IMG/VR virus record: IMGVR_UViG_3300044564_000065
Coordinates: 1-33,080 of that record
Direction: 5' to 3' (one strand)
DNA from: a virus
Lineage: Duplodnaviria; Caudoviricetes
DNA length: 33,080 bases
Below are positions 16,162 to 25,820 of the stretch, piece after piece; within the stretch, counting starts at the first letter, position 1, and every line of letters starts with the position of its first letter. The position numbers and the translations under genes were made by a program. The notes beneath the pieces were generated by a model, which was not told where the DNA came from, searched no databases, and was given only the letters and a program-made list of their open reading frames with translations.

Positions 16162-18183
16162 GTGGGAATCCTGTCAAGGCTGACGGCGAGGGACGGCCGG
16201 CGCATGAGGGTGAGCTACGGGCCCCGCGCCACCGAGGTCCTGGGGCGCACGCCAGACGAGATGTACCGCACACAGCCCGCGCTGCGGGCCGTCGTCGCCT
16301 ACATCTCAGAGAACGTCGCCGCCGTGCCGCTCAAGTGCTACGAGCGCCGCGGCGAGAACGACCGCCCGCGCGACACCACGTCAGCGCTCGCGCTGCTCCT
16401 CGAGCACCCGAGCGACGGGGTCACGACGTACGAGCTCGTGCGCGACACGATGGCGGACGCCCTGCTCTACGGCTGGGCGCTCTGGTACGTCGTGCCGAGC
16501 GCCGACTCCGAGAGCGGCTGGGAGATAACGCGCGTCCCGCCCGGTTGGGTGTCCGATAGGTTCACCTCTGACGGTTGGTCGCCATCGTCCTACGTCATCC
16601 AGGTGCCCGAGGCGGGGCGCGCGCCAGTCACCATAGACGCAGCGGACACGCTCTCGTTCTCGCTCTACGGTGCCTCTGGGCCGCTCGACCCGGCGTCGCC
16701 GGTCGACGCGCTCAAGCAGGTGCTCGCCGAGCAGGTCAGCGCCTGGGACTACCGCAACAAGGTGTGGCGCAACGGCGGCTGGGTCTCCCGCTGGATCTCG
16801 CGCGGCGAGGGCGTCGCGTGGAGCCCGGAGGGACGAGACCGCTTCGCCCGGTCCTGGAAGGCCCGCTTCTCGGGACCAGAGGGGACCGACACCGGAGGGA
16901 CGCCCATCCTCGAGGACGGCATGCAGCTGCACGACACGCAGCTCAACGCCCGCGAGGCTCAGTTCTCCGAGTCAACGCAGCTCACGCGCCAGGACGTGGC
17001 CGCCGTTTACGGGATTAACCCGTCGCTCATCTGGCATTCGACCACACAGACCTACGCAAGCGCGAAGGACAACGCGCGGAGCCTCTACTCGGAGACGCTC
17101 GCGCCGAAGTTCGACCTCCTCTGCGAGCGCATCAACAAGGTGCTCGCGCCGAGGCTCGGTAGTGCGGGCTCCTATGCCGAGTTCGACGTGCTCTCCAAGC
17201 TCAACTCCAACCCGGCGGACATGATCTCGACCCTCGTCAGCGCATCTGGCCGCCCGGTCCTCACCGGGGACGAGGCGCGCCGAATGCTCAACCTCCCCGC
17301 CGTCGGAGGGGACATGGGCGAGGTCGTGACCCCGCTCAACCTCTCCGTGGGAGGGGTGGGCGCCGCGTCGGGCGAGGACGGCGGCGACGCCTCGGCCGAG
17401 GCGCGCCAGGGCGCGGCCTCCGGCGATCCGGCAACCAAGGCTGCCGGCCGGGAGCCCACGTGGAGCCTCAAGGCCCGCGCGGACGCCGACGGATCGGTCG
17501 CGATGTCGCGCACGCTCGCGCGCTTCTTCCGGCGCCAGGCGAAGGCGGTGCTCCCCAAGGTGGGCGCCGCCAAGGCGCGCGGCACCGCCGCCAAGTCGGA
17601 TGACCCCGACTGGTGGGACTCGGACCGCTGGGACAGGGAGCTTGCCGACGACCTGGAGCCCGTGCTCAAGCGCTTCGCGACGCGGAGCGGGAGGGCCGCA
17701 GCCGAGAGGATGCGCGGCGAGTACGACGCGTCGCGCACGGACGCCTACCTGCGCAAGGTGGCGGAGGGGCGCGCGAGCGGCATCAACGCCGTGACGCGCC
17801 GCAGGCTGCTCGACGCCCTGGACGCGGAGGACGCCGACGAGGATGGCGCCGCCACCCCCGCCGACGTCTTCGAGCAGGCGGAGGACGGCCGCTCGGCGCG
17901 GCTCGGCGTCTCGATGGCAGCCGCCGTGGCCGTCTTCGGCGTGCGCGAGGCCACCGAGCAGCTCGCGCCAAAGTCCTCATACCTGCGCATGAAGACGTGG
18001 GTCCACGACCGCGACGGGGCGACGGAGCACCCGCGCACCGACCACGAGGCCATGGACGGCGAGTGCGTCGAGTGGGACAAGCCGTTCTCCAACGGCAGCC
18101 AGTTCCCCCACGACGGCTCGGCCGGCGTGGAGGACGAAGCCTACTGCCGCTGCGGCATCGACGTCGACATCTACAGGCTCTAG
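16162..18183 (+). CDS. Portal protein fused to C-terminal MuF/gp7-like minor head domain
   Basis: HK97-type portal motifs (GGTPILEDGM, DVAAVYGI, DEARRMLNLP), Gly/Ala linker, then KTW..R..H..DGE..KPFSNG..P..CRC. Confidence 0.82.
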   Translation: MGILSRLTARDGRRMRVSYGPRATEVLGRTPDEMYRTQPALRAVVAYISENVAAVPLKCYERRGENDRPRDTTSALALLLEHPSDGVTTYELVRDTMADALLYGWALWYVVPSADSESGWEITRVPPGWVSDRFTSDGWSPSSYVIQVPEAGRAPVTIDAADTLSFSLYGASGPLDPASPVDALKQVLAEQVSAWDYRNKVWRNGGWVSRWISRGEGVAWSPEGRDRFARSWKARFSGPEGTDTGGTPILEDGMQLHDTQLNAREAQFSESTQLTRQDVAAVYGINPSLIWHSTTQTYASAKDNARSLYSETLAPKFDLLCERINKVLAPRLGSAGSYAEFDVLSKLNSNPADMISTLVSASGRPVLTGDEARRMLNLPAVGGDMGEVVTPLNLSVGGVGAASGEDGGDASAEARQGAASGDPATKAAGREPTWSLKARADADGSVAMSRTLARFFRRQAKAVLPKVGAAKARGTAAKSDDPDWWDSDRWDRELADDLEPVLKRFATRSGRAAAERMRGEYDASRTDAYLRKVAEGRASGINAVTRRRLLDALDAEDADEDGAATPADVFEQAEDGRSARLGVSMAAAVAVFGVREATEQLAPKSSYLRMKTWVHDRDGATEHPRTDHEAMDGECVEWDKPFSNGSQFPHDGSAGVEDEAYCRCGIDVDIYRL

Positions 18184-18192
18184 GGGGCGCGG

Positions 18193-19347
18193 ATGGTCAT
18201 TCACGTGATAACCGGCCCGCCATGCGCGGGCAAGTCGACCTACGTGCGCGAGCACGCGGCGCCCGGCGACGTGAGGGTGGACCTCGACCTCATCGCCCAG
18301 GCTCTCGGCAGCGACAGCCCGCACGACGCCCCGGACGATGTCAGGGCGGCCGCCTTCGCGGCGCGCTCAGCAGTCGTGGGCCGCGCACTCGCCGGGGCGG
18401 CAAAGGCCGACCACTGGGTCATACACACGAGCCCCACGGACGAGCAGCTCGCCGCCTACGAGGCCGCGGGGGCCGAGACGGTCGCGCTCGACCCTGGCAT
18501 AGACGAGTGCCTGCGCCGCGCCGCCGAGGACGGGCGGCCGGAGCGCACATACGACGCAATCCGCGCCTGGTACGCGGGGCAGAAGGGAGCATCAGTGAGG
18601 AAGACGAAGGACTTCCGCGTGGAGGTCAAGGACGCGGGCGAGGGTGACGGCAGCGAGCACACATTCGAGGGATACGCCGCGACCTTCGACCGTGTGCCGG
18701 ACAGCTACGGGGACGTGATCGCCAAGGGCGCCTTCGCGGACACACTCAAGGCGTACGAGGACGAGGGACGGCGCATCCCGCTGCTCTTCGGCCACAACAT
18801 GGGCGACCCCGACTACTCGCTCGGATACGTCGACGCGGCCGAGGACGAGCGCGGCCTGAGGGTCACGGGACACATCTTCGCGGACTCGCCCAAGGGCGAG
18901 ACCGTCTACCGCATGCTCAAGCGCGGCCTCGTCGACCGCATGAGCTTCGCCTACGACGTCCTAGAGGACGGCCAGGTGACGCTCGACGACGGGACCAAGG
19001 CGCACGAGCTGCGCAGGCTCGACCTCTTCGAGTGCTCCATCGTGACCGTCCCCGCCAACCAGGCGGCGCAGATAACCGAGGTAAAGGGGGGCGAGGCGCT
19101 CTCCAAGGAGTGCCGGCGCAACTCCAAGGCGGACGAGGAGTCGCTCGCGACGCTGCGCGACCTGCTCTCGCAGGCGCTCGACGTGGTGGGCGGACTCATC
19201 GGGGACGCCGGCGGCGATGGTGACGGCGGCGACGGAGAGGGCGACGAGGGCGGCGACGGTGCCAACGGCGGGGAGCCGGAGGAGCACTCGAGCGACGCCA
19301 AGGCGCTCCTGGACGTCGCGACCACGTACGCGAGATTCATTCAGTAG
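18193..19347 (+). CDS. P-loop (AAA/kinase-like) domain fused to HK97-family prohead protease
   Basis: N-terminal GPPCAGKST; C-terminal FEGYAATFD..D..GAF..PLLFGH..MSFAY..LFECSIVTVPAN. Confidence 0.85.
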   Translation: MVIHVITGPPCAGKSTYVREHAAPGDVRVDLDLIAQALGSDSPHDAPDDVRAAAFAARSAVVGRALAGAAKADHWVIHTSPTDEQLAAYEAAGAETVALDPGIDECLRRAAEDGRPERTYDAIRAWYAGQKGASVRKTKDFRVEVKDAGEGDGSEHTFEGYAATFDRVPDSYGDVIAKGAFADTLKAYEDEGRRIPLLFGHNMGDPDYSLGYVDAAEDERGLRVTGHIFADSPKGETVYRMLKRGLVDRMSFAYDVLEDGQVTLDDGTKAHELRRLDLFECSIVTVPANQAAQITEVKGGEALSKECRRNSKADEESLATLRDLLSQALDVVGGLIGDAGGDGDGGDGEGDEGGDGANGGEPEEHSSDAKALLDVATTYARFIQ

Positions 19348-19367
19348 ACCAGAGAGAAGGAGCACAC

Positions 19368-20507
19368 ATGCCCACAATCAGGGAGCAGTTCGAGCAGGCG
19401 AAGGCGGACTTCGCCGCCGCCTTCAAGGCAGGCGACGCCGAGAGGGCCAGGGAGGCCGGCGAGCTCGCGGAGAAGTACGAGGCCATCGTCAAGATGGCAG
19501 ACGAGAAGGGCGCCAAGCTCAACTCCGGCGCCACCGTGCGCCACTCCGTCGCGCGCGGCACGTTTGGCGAGTGGGCCGCGAAGTCCCTCGACCTCTCGGC
19601 CTTCTCCGGCCGCAGCCAGGCCAGCATCGTGACCACGGACGGCTTCAAGGCCGCCACCGACCCCGTCACCGCGCCCGCGGCAGCCGCCGACTACAGCACA
19701 TACCTCGACCAGACCGTGGTCCAGGCGCCGCGACGCCGCCTCCAGGTGCGCGACCTCTTCGGCTCCGAGTCCCGAGACTCCAGCACCGTCGAGTGGCTCG
19801 TCGAGGGCGCCGTCGAGGGCGCGCCCGCCGTCGCAAAGGAGGGCGCCGCGCTCTCCCAGTACCACTTCGCGGAGCCGGAAAAGAAGACCGCGGCCCTCGA
19901 AAAGGTCGGCGGGTTCTACCGCGAGTCCTACGAGATCGTGACCGACCAGGCTTGGCTCGCGAGCTCCATCAACGACCGCGGCCTCTACCTCCACGACCTC
20001 ACCGTGGAGGACAAGCTCGTCTCCGACCTCTCCGCGACCGAAGGCGTGCAGACCGCGACCACCAAGAGCGCAGCGCTCGCGGACGCCATCTTCCAGGCCA
20101 TCACCAACGTCGGCAGCGCGACGCCGTTCATGGCCGACGCGGTCGTGCTCAACCCCGCCGACTACCAGACGCTGCGCCTCGCAAAGGACACCAACGGGCA
20201 GTACATGGGAGGCGGCTACTTCTCCGGCCAGTACGGCACGCAGGGCGGCCTCGTCCTCTATCCGGACGTCTGGGGCCTCACGACCGTGGTCACATCCGCG
20301 GTCGCGGCCGGCACGCCGTGGGTCGGCGCCTTCAAGGCGGCCGGCTCCGTCTTCACACGCGCCGGCGAGGGCCTGCGCGTCGAGATGACCAACTCCGACA
20401 AGGACGACTTCGAGCACGACCTCGTGGCCATCCGCGTCATCGAGCGCCTCAAGCTCGCCGTCCGATACCCGGCCGGCTTCGAGAAGCTCACCATCTCCGA
20501 GGCATAG
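19368..20507 (+). CDS. Major capsid protein (HK97 fold)
   Basis: AGAAGGAG RBS; N-terminal coiled delta-like domain; LNPADYQTLRLAKDTNGQY, DLVAIRVIER..VRYPAGF. Confidence 0.92.
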   Translation: MPTIREQFEQAKADFAAAFKAGDAERAREAGELAEKYEAIVKMADEKGAKLNSGATVRHSVARGTFGEWAAKSLDLSAFSGRSQASIVTTDGFKAATDPVTAPAAAADYSTYLDQTVVQAPRRRLQVRDLFGSESRDSSTVEWLVEGAVEGAPAVAKEGAALSQYHFAEPEKKTAALEKVGGFYRESYEIVTDQAWLASSINDRGLYLHDLTVEDKLVSDLSATEGVQTATTKSAALADAIFQAITNVGSATPFMADAVVLNPADYQTLRLAKDTNGQYMGGGYFSGQYGTQGGLVLYPDVWGLTTVVTSAVAAGTPWVGAFKAAGSVFTRAGEGLRVEMTNSDKDDFEHDLVAIRVIERLKLAVRYPAGFEKLTISEA

Positions 20508-20515
20508 CCAAACCA

Positions 20516-20539
20516 GGGGCCGCCCCCGCGGGCGGCCCC
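20516..20539 (+). terminator. GC hairpin after capsid gene
   Basis: GGGGCCGCCC-CCGC-GGGCGGCCCC, no U-tract. Confidence 0.5.
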
Positions 20540-20560
20540 GCGAAGATCGGGGGCACCGAA

Positions 20561-20722
20561 ATGATGAAGCAGTACGACCTCGGCGGCCTCACCTTCCAGT
20601 ACGAGGAGGGGCCCCAGCCGACGGGCGCCGTCGAGCACGCGGAGCCCGCGCGCAGGCCGCGCCCCAAGGCCAAGCAGGCCGAGGCCCCGGCCAACAAGTC
20701 GCGGGGGGTGGCGGACAAGTGA
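20561..20722 (+). CDS. Small hypothetical head-associated protein
   Basis: MMKQYDLGGLTFQYEEG..APANK; position after capsid. Confidence 0.6.
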   Translation: MMKQYDLGGLTFQYEEGPQPTGAVEHAEPARRPRPKAKQAEAPANKSRGVADK

Positions 20723-21282
20723 CCACCCGCACCCCATGGGGCTACGAGGTGGACGGCGAGGTGCCGCCGATAATGACCGCCGCAGAGTTCGCGACGGCCA
20801 CTGGGGGCCGCCTCTCGGCAACCACGGAGACGGTCGAGTGGGCGCTCTCCGCCTACTCGGCGGCAATCCGCGCGCACTGCGGCTGGCACGTCGCGCCGTC
20901 CCTCGCCTGCGTGGCGACGCTGGACGGCGGCCGCGTGCTCAGGCTCCCCGCCATGGCCGTCTCCGCCGTCTCGTCCGTCTCGGTCGGCACGCTCGAGGCC
21001 GACCCCTCGTCCTACGAGTGGTCGTCGAGCGGCCTCGTGCGCCTCGTGCGACCGTGCGCCGCCGCGCGTGCCGGCTGGCGCTCCGTCCGCGTCGCGTACA
21101 CGGCGGGGCTTGACTCCGCGCCCGACCTCTCCGCGGCCCTCGTCGCGCTCGTGAGCGAGTTCCTCGTGGCGCACCCCGGCATCTCGTCGCAGACGGCCGG
21201 GGGGACGTCGGTGGGCTACAGCCTGTCGGTCGGCGTCAGGAGCCACGCGAGCGAGCTCGCCCCGTACAGGCTGGTGGTGTGA
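20719..21282 (+). CDS. Head-tail connector/adaptor
   Basis: AIRAHCGWHVAP..VRVAYTAG..LAPYRL; synteny. Confidence 0.72.
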   Translation: MTTRTPWGYEVDGEVPPIMTAAEFATATGGRLSATTETVEWALSAYSAAIRAHCGWHVAPSLACVATLDGGRVLRLPAMAVSAVSSVSVGTLEADPSSYEWSSSGLVRLVRPCAAARAGWRSVRVAYTAGLDSAPDLSAALVALVSEFLVAHPGISSQTAGGTSVGYSLSVGVRSHASELAPYRLVV

Positions 21283-21283
21283 C

Positions 21284-21622
21284 ATGCCCATGCCAGACTG
21301 GGCGACCGTGGCCGTGACGGTGGAGCGGCCCGCCACAAAGGAGGCGCGCGGGGCGAGGGTGGCCGACTGGTCGGGCGCGACCAGGACTGAGGTCGCCGGC
21401 TGCTGGGTCGGCAACGCGTCGTCCTCCTCAGACCCATCGGACCAGGGCCGCGCCGCCACGACGCGCCTGACGCTCTACGCGCCCGCCGGCACGGACGTGC
21501 GGCGCGGTGACCGCGTGACCTACGCGGGCACCCGCTACGCCATCGACGGCGAGCCCATCGCCTACCCGTCGCCGCTCGGCGGCACGGACCACATCGAGTG
21601 CACGCTCGTGGACTGGGAGTGA
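21284..21622 (+). CDS. Head closure/stopper protein
   Basis: LYAPAGTDVRRGDRV..YAIDGEP; synteny. Confidence 0.72.
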   Translation: MPMPDWATVAVTVERPATKEARGARVADWSGATRTEVAGCWVGNASSSSDPSDQGRAATTRLTLYAPAGTDVRRGDRVTYAGTRYAIDGEPIAYPSPLGGTDHIECTLVDWE

Positions 21623-21627
21623 CGCAC

Positions 21628-21888
21628 ATGGATAAGATCGGCAGCTTCCGCCTGGAGCTCGACCACGAAGGCATCGCGGCGCTCCTGCGCTCGCAGCCCG
21701 TCGCCACCGAGTGCGAGGCGGCCGCGCGCCGCGTCTCCGCGGCGGCCGGTGACGGCTTCGAGGTCGTGGGCCCGCGATTCACGGGCCAACGCGTGGCCTA
21801 CAGCGTGAGCGCCGCCACCGAGGACGCGAGGGTGGCCGAGGCCACCGACAGGTCGCTGTCGAGGGCGGTGCAGGCATGCAGAGCTTGA
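21628..21888 (+). CDS. Neck/tail completion protein
   Basis: LDHEGIAALLRS; synteny. Confidence 0.6.
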   Translation: MDKIGSFRLELDHEGIAALLRSQPVATECEAAARRVSAAAGDGFEVVGPRFTGQRVAYSVSAATEDARVAEATDRSLSRAVQACRA

Positions 21889-22286
21889 CGCGGCCCACGG
21901 ACGCCGCGGCCGCGCTCGCGGCCGACCTCACGGCGCTCTGCGGCTTCCTGGTTTCGGCAGACCCGCCCGCAGTGGTGGACGGCAGCGCCCCGGTGGCGCA
22001 CGTGGTGCCGCTCGGAAGGGCGCCGGTGACGCCCGTCTCGTGGGAGTACGACCTCTCCATAGACGTCTGGTGCGGGGCCACCGGCGACCTCGGTCCGGTC
22101 GAGGAGGCCGCGAACGCCCTCGTGGGCGCGTTCTGCCGCCTCGACCGCGCGGACTGCCCGTCCGGCATCTCATGGAAGGTGCCCACGGTCACAAACGGCG
22201 GATACCCGAACCCGGACCCGAACCACTGGGGAGTCCCAAGGCAGACCATCGCATGCAACGTCTCCGCGCGCGGCGCGGAGGACTAG
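21876..22286 (+). CDS. Tail terminator protein
   Basis: IDVW..PDP motif; upstream of major tail. Confidence 0.6.
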   Translation: MQSLTRPTDAAAALAADLTALCGFLVSADPPAVVDGSAPVAHVVPLGRAPVTPVSWEYDLSIDVWCGATGDLGPVEEAANALVGAFCRLDRADCPSGISWKVPTVTNGGYPNPDPNHWGVPRQTIACNVSARGAED

Positions 22287-22297
22287 AAGGAGACCAA

Positions 22298-22897
22298 ATG
22301 GCAGGAATCGACAGCAAGCACGTGTACCTCACAGGCCCAGACCAGACCGCGACCACCGGCGCGGTGCAGGTGGCCGAGGTCGGAGCCACCGCCCCCACGG
22401 ACGCGCGCACCAAGCTCCCCACCGACGCCTGGGGCAACGGACTCGGCTACATCGGGGAGGACGGCATCACCGTCTCCGGCCTCATCGCCGCCGGCGACGC
22501 CATCCGCGACTGGGCGAAGAGGAAGATCAGGACGACGGACGGCGAGGCTGACCCCTCGGTGTCCATACCATCGATCCAGGTAGACGAGGACCTCGTCGCG
22601 CTCCTCCTGAACGAGGGCGACTACGCCATCGACAAGGCGACCACTGAGCACGGTCAGCAGATCAAGATGATGTGGTCTGGCAACCCCGGACCCGAGCGCT
22701 CGGTCTGCGTCAGCATGAAGGACGGCAAGCGCCGTGTGCGCGTCTACCTACCCGACGCACAGGTCACCGACCTCGACGATGTGTCCTTCAAGCCGGACGC
22801 CGCCAACACTTACTCGATGACCCTCTCGCTCAACGCGGATGACACAGGCCACTACTGCTACTTCATCTACGACGACGGAGAGGTGGCTGCGGCATAA
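22298..22897 (+). CDS. Major tail tube protein
   Basis: AGAAGGAG RBS, ATG 22298; LGYIGEDGIT..IRDW. Confidence 0.82.
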   Translation: MAGIDSKHVYLTGPDQTATTGAVQVAEVGATAPTDARTKLPTDAWGNGLGYIGEDGITVSGLIAAGDAIRDWAKRKIRTTDGEADPSVSIPSIQVDEDLVALLLNEGDYAIDKATTEHGQQIKMMWSGNPGPERSVCVSMKDGKRRVRVYLPDAQVTDLDDVSFKPDAANTYSMTLSLNADDTGHYCYFIYDDGEVAAA

Positions 22898-23181
22898 TGG
22901 CGGACTTCACGCTCCAGCGACGACCCCCCGCGACCTTCACCTTCCGCATCGGGGACTCCGAGTACGCGGTGCCCCAGGCTCAGAGCCTCACCTACGACGA
23001 GGTGCTCTCCATCTCGGCGGGAGAGGGAGTGGCGAGGGTCAGGGCCCTGCGCTCCGTCTTCGAGGCACACGCGCCCGGATGCACCGAGGGCCTTACCGTC
23101 TCCGAGCTGCACGACCTCTTCGCCGCCTGGTCGGGGGCTTCCAAGGCCGGCGTGGGGGAATCTGCGCCCTCGTCCGAGTAG
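22897..23181 (+). CDS. Tail assembly chaperone (G)
   Basis: Between major tail and tape measure; ends near slippery site. Confidence 0.75.
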   Translation: MADFTLQRRPPATFTFRIGDSEYAVPQAQSLTYDEVLSISAGEGVARVRALRSVFEAHAPGCTEGLTVSELHDLFAAWSGASKAGVGESAPSSE

Positions 23182-23573
23182 ACGGCGAGACGGACGGGGC
23201 GCTCGACGCCGACTGCATGGCGCACCTGGGCGTGCGGCTCTCCGACGTGCCCGGCACCATCGGCTGGGACGGGCTGCTCGCGCTCTACCGCCACGCCGAC
23301 GAGACGTGGGCCACGTGGCGCGCCCAGCACCGCGACCAGGTCGGCGACTGGTGCACAACCCTTCGCACCAACGCCCTGCTCGCGGACTGCGTCGACGCCA
23401 TCAGCTGGCTCGCGTACGTGGTTGCGTGCGCGAACCTGAAGCGCGGCGCGCCGAAGCCGCAGAGGCCGAAGCCTGTCGCGCGGCCATGGGTGACGGCGGA
23501 CGGCGACAGGCACATAGGCTCCGGGGCAATCCCCCGGTGCGAGTTCCTCGCCTGGTACTACGAGGGCGAATGA
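22897..23573 (+). CDS. Tail assembly chaperone GT via -1 frameshift at GGGGGAA (23154-23160)
   Basis: G GGG GAA in frame 0; the -1 frame is open to 23573. Confidence 0.72.
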
Positions 23574-23622
23574 CAGGGGGTCGGCCGAGGGGCCGGCCCC
23601 CGTTCCGTTAGGGGGCCGACCG

Positions 23623-25809
23623 ATGTCAGAGGGCGTGAACGTCGCGAACGCGTACGTCTCCATAATGCCGAGCATGCAGGGCGCCGAGAAGAGCATCACC
23701 GACGCCCTCTCGGGCGCCATGGAGGGCGCGGGCGAGGAGGCCGGCTCAAAGGGCGGCGAGTCGATTCTCGACGCCGTGACCGGACAGCTCGGCGGCCTCG
23801 CCGAAAGGCTCGGCGAGCTCGGCAACGGCGCCGGCGGCTCGCTCGTCGACGGCATCACCGGCGTGCTCGGCGCGGCCGGCCCCGCCGCCGTCGCGGCAGC
23901 CGCGGGCGCGGCCGTCGTGGGCATCGGCACCGCGCTCGAGGGCATCGGCGAGGACTTCGACGCGATGTCGGACTCGATCCAGATATCCACCGGGGCGTCT
24001 GGCGACGCGCTCGACGAGCTCTCCGACGCGGCGACCCAGGTCGCCACCACAGTCCCCGTGAGCTTCGAGGACGCCGGCGGCATCGTCGCCACATTCTCCC
24101 AGCGAATGGGGCTGGCCGGCCAGGCGCTCACCGACGTCTCGGACCGCGCCGCGGCCCTTGGCGAGCTCACGGGCCAGGCGGTCGACGTCGACAGGCTCTC
24201 GGGCGCCCTCAACGCCTTCGGCGTCTCGGGCGAGGACGCCGCGGCCGAGATGGACTACCTCTTCGGCGTCTCGCAGCAGACCGGCGTTGGCTTCAACGAC
24301 CTCGTGAGCACGGTCCAGTCGAGCGGGCCGGCCATGCAGGAGCTGGGCTTCTCCTTCGACGACGTGGCGGACATGGCGGGCCAGCTCGACAAGGCCGGCA
24401 TCAACTCGAGCGCCGTTCTCGGGAGCATGAAGAAGGCCCTCTCCTCCGTCGCGGACTCCGGCGGGGACGTGCAGAAGACGTTCTCGGACTCCGTGACGTC
24501 AATCGAGGGCTACATCGCAGCAGGCGACGACGCCGCGGCCATCAGCAAGGCCGGCGACCTCTTCGGCACCAAGAACGCCCCGCAGTTCGTGGCGGCGCTC
24601 AAGAGCGGCGCCATCAGCATGGACGCGCTCGGCCAGAGCGCGCTCGGGGCCTCCGGCGACATCATGGGGACCATCGAGGAGACCGACGACTGGCCCGAGA
24701 AGTGGGCGCTCATCCAGAACAAGGCGGAGGCCGCCCTCGCGCCGCTCGGCGGCGCGGTCATGTCGGGCGTCACAACGGCCGTGGAGGGGCTCGGCGGCGC
24801 CATGGAGTGGCTCTCCGGGGCCCTCGCGCCGGTGGGCGACACCATGTCGACGCTGGTCGACGGGGCGATGGCCAAGCTGGCGCCCGTCATCTCGCCGCTG
24901 CTGCCCCCGCTCCAGGACCTCGCGGCCTCCGTGCTCCCGCTCATCCAGGGCGCCATCTCCGCGCTCTGCGGCGTGCTCTCATTCGTGGGCGAGGCGCTCT
25001 CGGAGCTCTTCGACATCCTCTCGCCGGTCGCAACGGTGCTCGTATCGGTGCTCGGCGTGGCCATCGAGGCGGTGTCCGGGCTCTTCACCTTCCTGGGCTC
25101 CGTCCTCGACGCCATCGGCCAGGCCCTCCAGGCCGCCGCGGACGCGGGGCAGCAGGCGTGGCAGCCGATGGTCGACTTCTTCTCGGGCATCGTGACCGCA
25201 ATCCAGAGCTTCTTCGCGCCGATTGGCGACCTCATCGGCTCCGTCTTCGCGGAGGGCGCGGCCTTCGTCTCCTCGCACGTCGAGGAGATCAAGTCCTTCG
25301 TCTCTGGCATCCCCGGCGCGGTCCTCGGCTTCCTCGCGGGGATCCCCGGCTTCTTCCTGAGCGCCTTCTCGTCTGCCGGACAGGCGGCGAGCGACGCCGT
25401 GGGCGCCATCGGCGACGTCCTATCCGGCCTCCCCGGCAAGGTGTGGGACTGGATATGCTCCATCCCGGGGAAGTTCGCCGAGATGTTCTCGCAGATCCAC
25501 GTGCCCACCTTCCACATAGAGGGCAGCTTCAACCTCGACCCGGCGAACTTCTCGGTGCCGACGCTCGCCTTCTACGCCGCCGGCGGCTTCATCGACCGCC
25601 CGACCGCCATCGTCGGCGAGGCCGGCGGGGAGTTCGTCTGGCCGAGCTACCAGCCCTACATCGGCAGGTACGCGGCCGCGCTGGTCTCCGCGATGGGCGC
25701 CACCTCACCCGGCGGGACGGTGAGCCAGACTTTCAACGTCACGAGCAACGACCCGGAGCTGGTCGCCGCCGTCGTGGCGCGCCGCATGCGGAACGCATAC
25801 GGGCGCTGA
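23623..25809 (+). CDS. Tape measure protein
   Basis: 728 aa Ala/Gly-rich helical protein; VANAYVSIMPS N-terminus, YAAGG..VGEAG C-terminus. Confidence 0.92.
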   Translation: MSEGVNVANAYVSIMPSMQGAEKSITDALSGAMEGAGEEAGSKGGESILDAVTGQLGGLAERLGELGNGAGGSLVDGITGVLGAAGPAAVAAAAGAAVVGIGTALEGIGEDFDAMSDSIQISTGASGDALDELSDAATQVATTVPVSFEDAGGIVATFSQRMGLAGQALTDVSDRAAALGELTGQAVDVDRLSGALNAFGVSGEDAAAEMDYLFGVSQQTGVGFNDLVSTVQSSGPAMQELGFSFDDVADMAGQLDKAGINSSAVLGSMKKALSSVADSGGDVQKTFSDSVTSIEGYIAAGDDAAAISKAGDLFGTKNAPQFVAALKSGAISMDALGQSALGASGDIMGTIEETDDWPEKWALIQNKAEAALAPLGGAVMSGVTTAVEGLGGAMEWLSGALAPVGDTMSTLVDGAMAKLAPVISPLLPPLQDLAASVLPLIQGAISALCGVLSFVGEALSELFDILSPVATVLVSVLGVAIEAVSGLFTFLGSVLDAIGQALQAAADAGQQAWQPMVDFFSGIVTAIQSFFAPIGDLIGSVFAEGAAFVSSHVEEIKSFVSGIPGAVLGFLAGIPGFFLSAFSSAGQAASDAVGAIGDVLSGLPGKVWDWICSIPGKFAEMFSQIHVPTFHIEGSFNLDPANFSVPTLAFYAAGGFIDRPTAIVGEAGGEFVWPSYQPYIGRYAAALVSAMGATSPGGTVSQTFNVTSNDPELVAAVVARRMRNAYGR

Positions 25810-25820
25810 TTGGAGGGCGC

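Noticed and set aside
19217-20560. Long Arg-rich N-terminal extensions and overlapping ORFs in the track (e.g. 19217-20722, 24702-26558, 5116-6255, 25895-27637)
   Set aside because: Off-frame openness typical of high-GC DNA; real starts with RBS lie downstream
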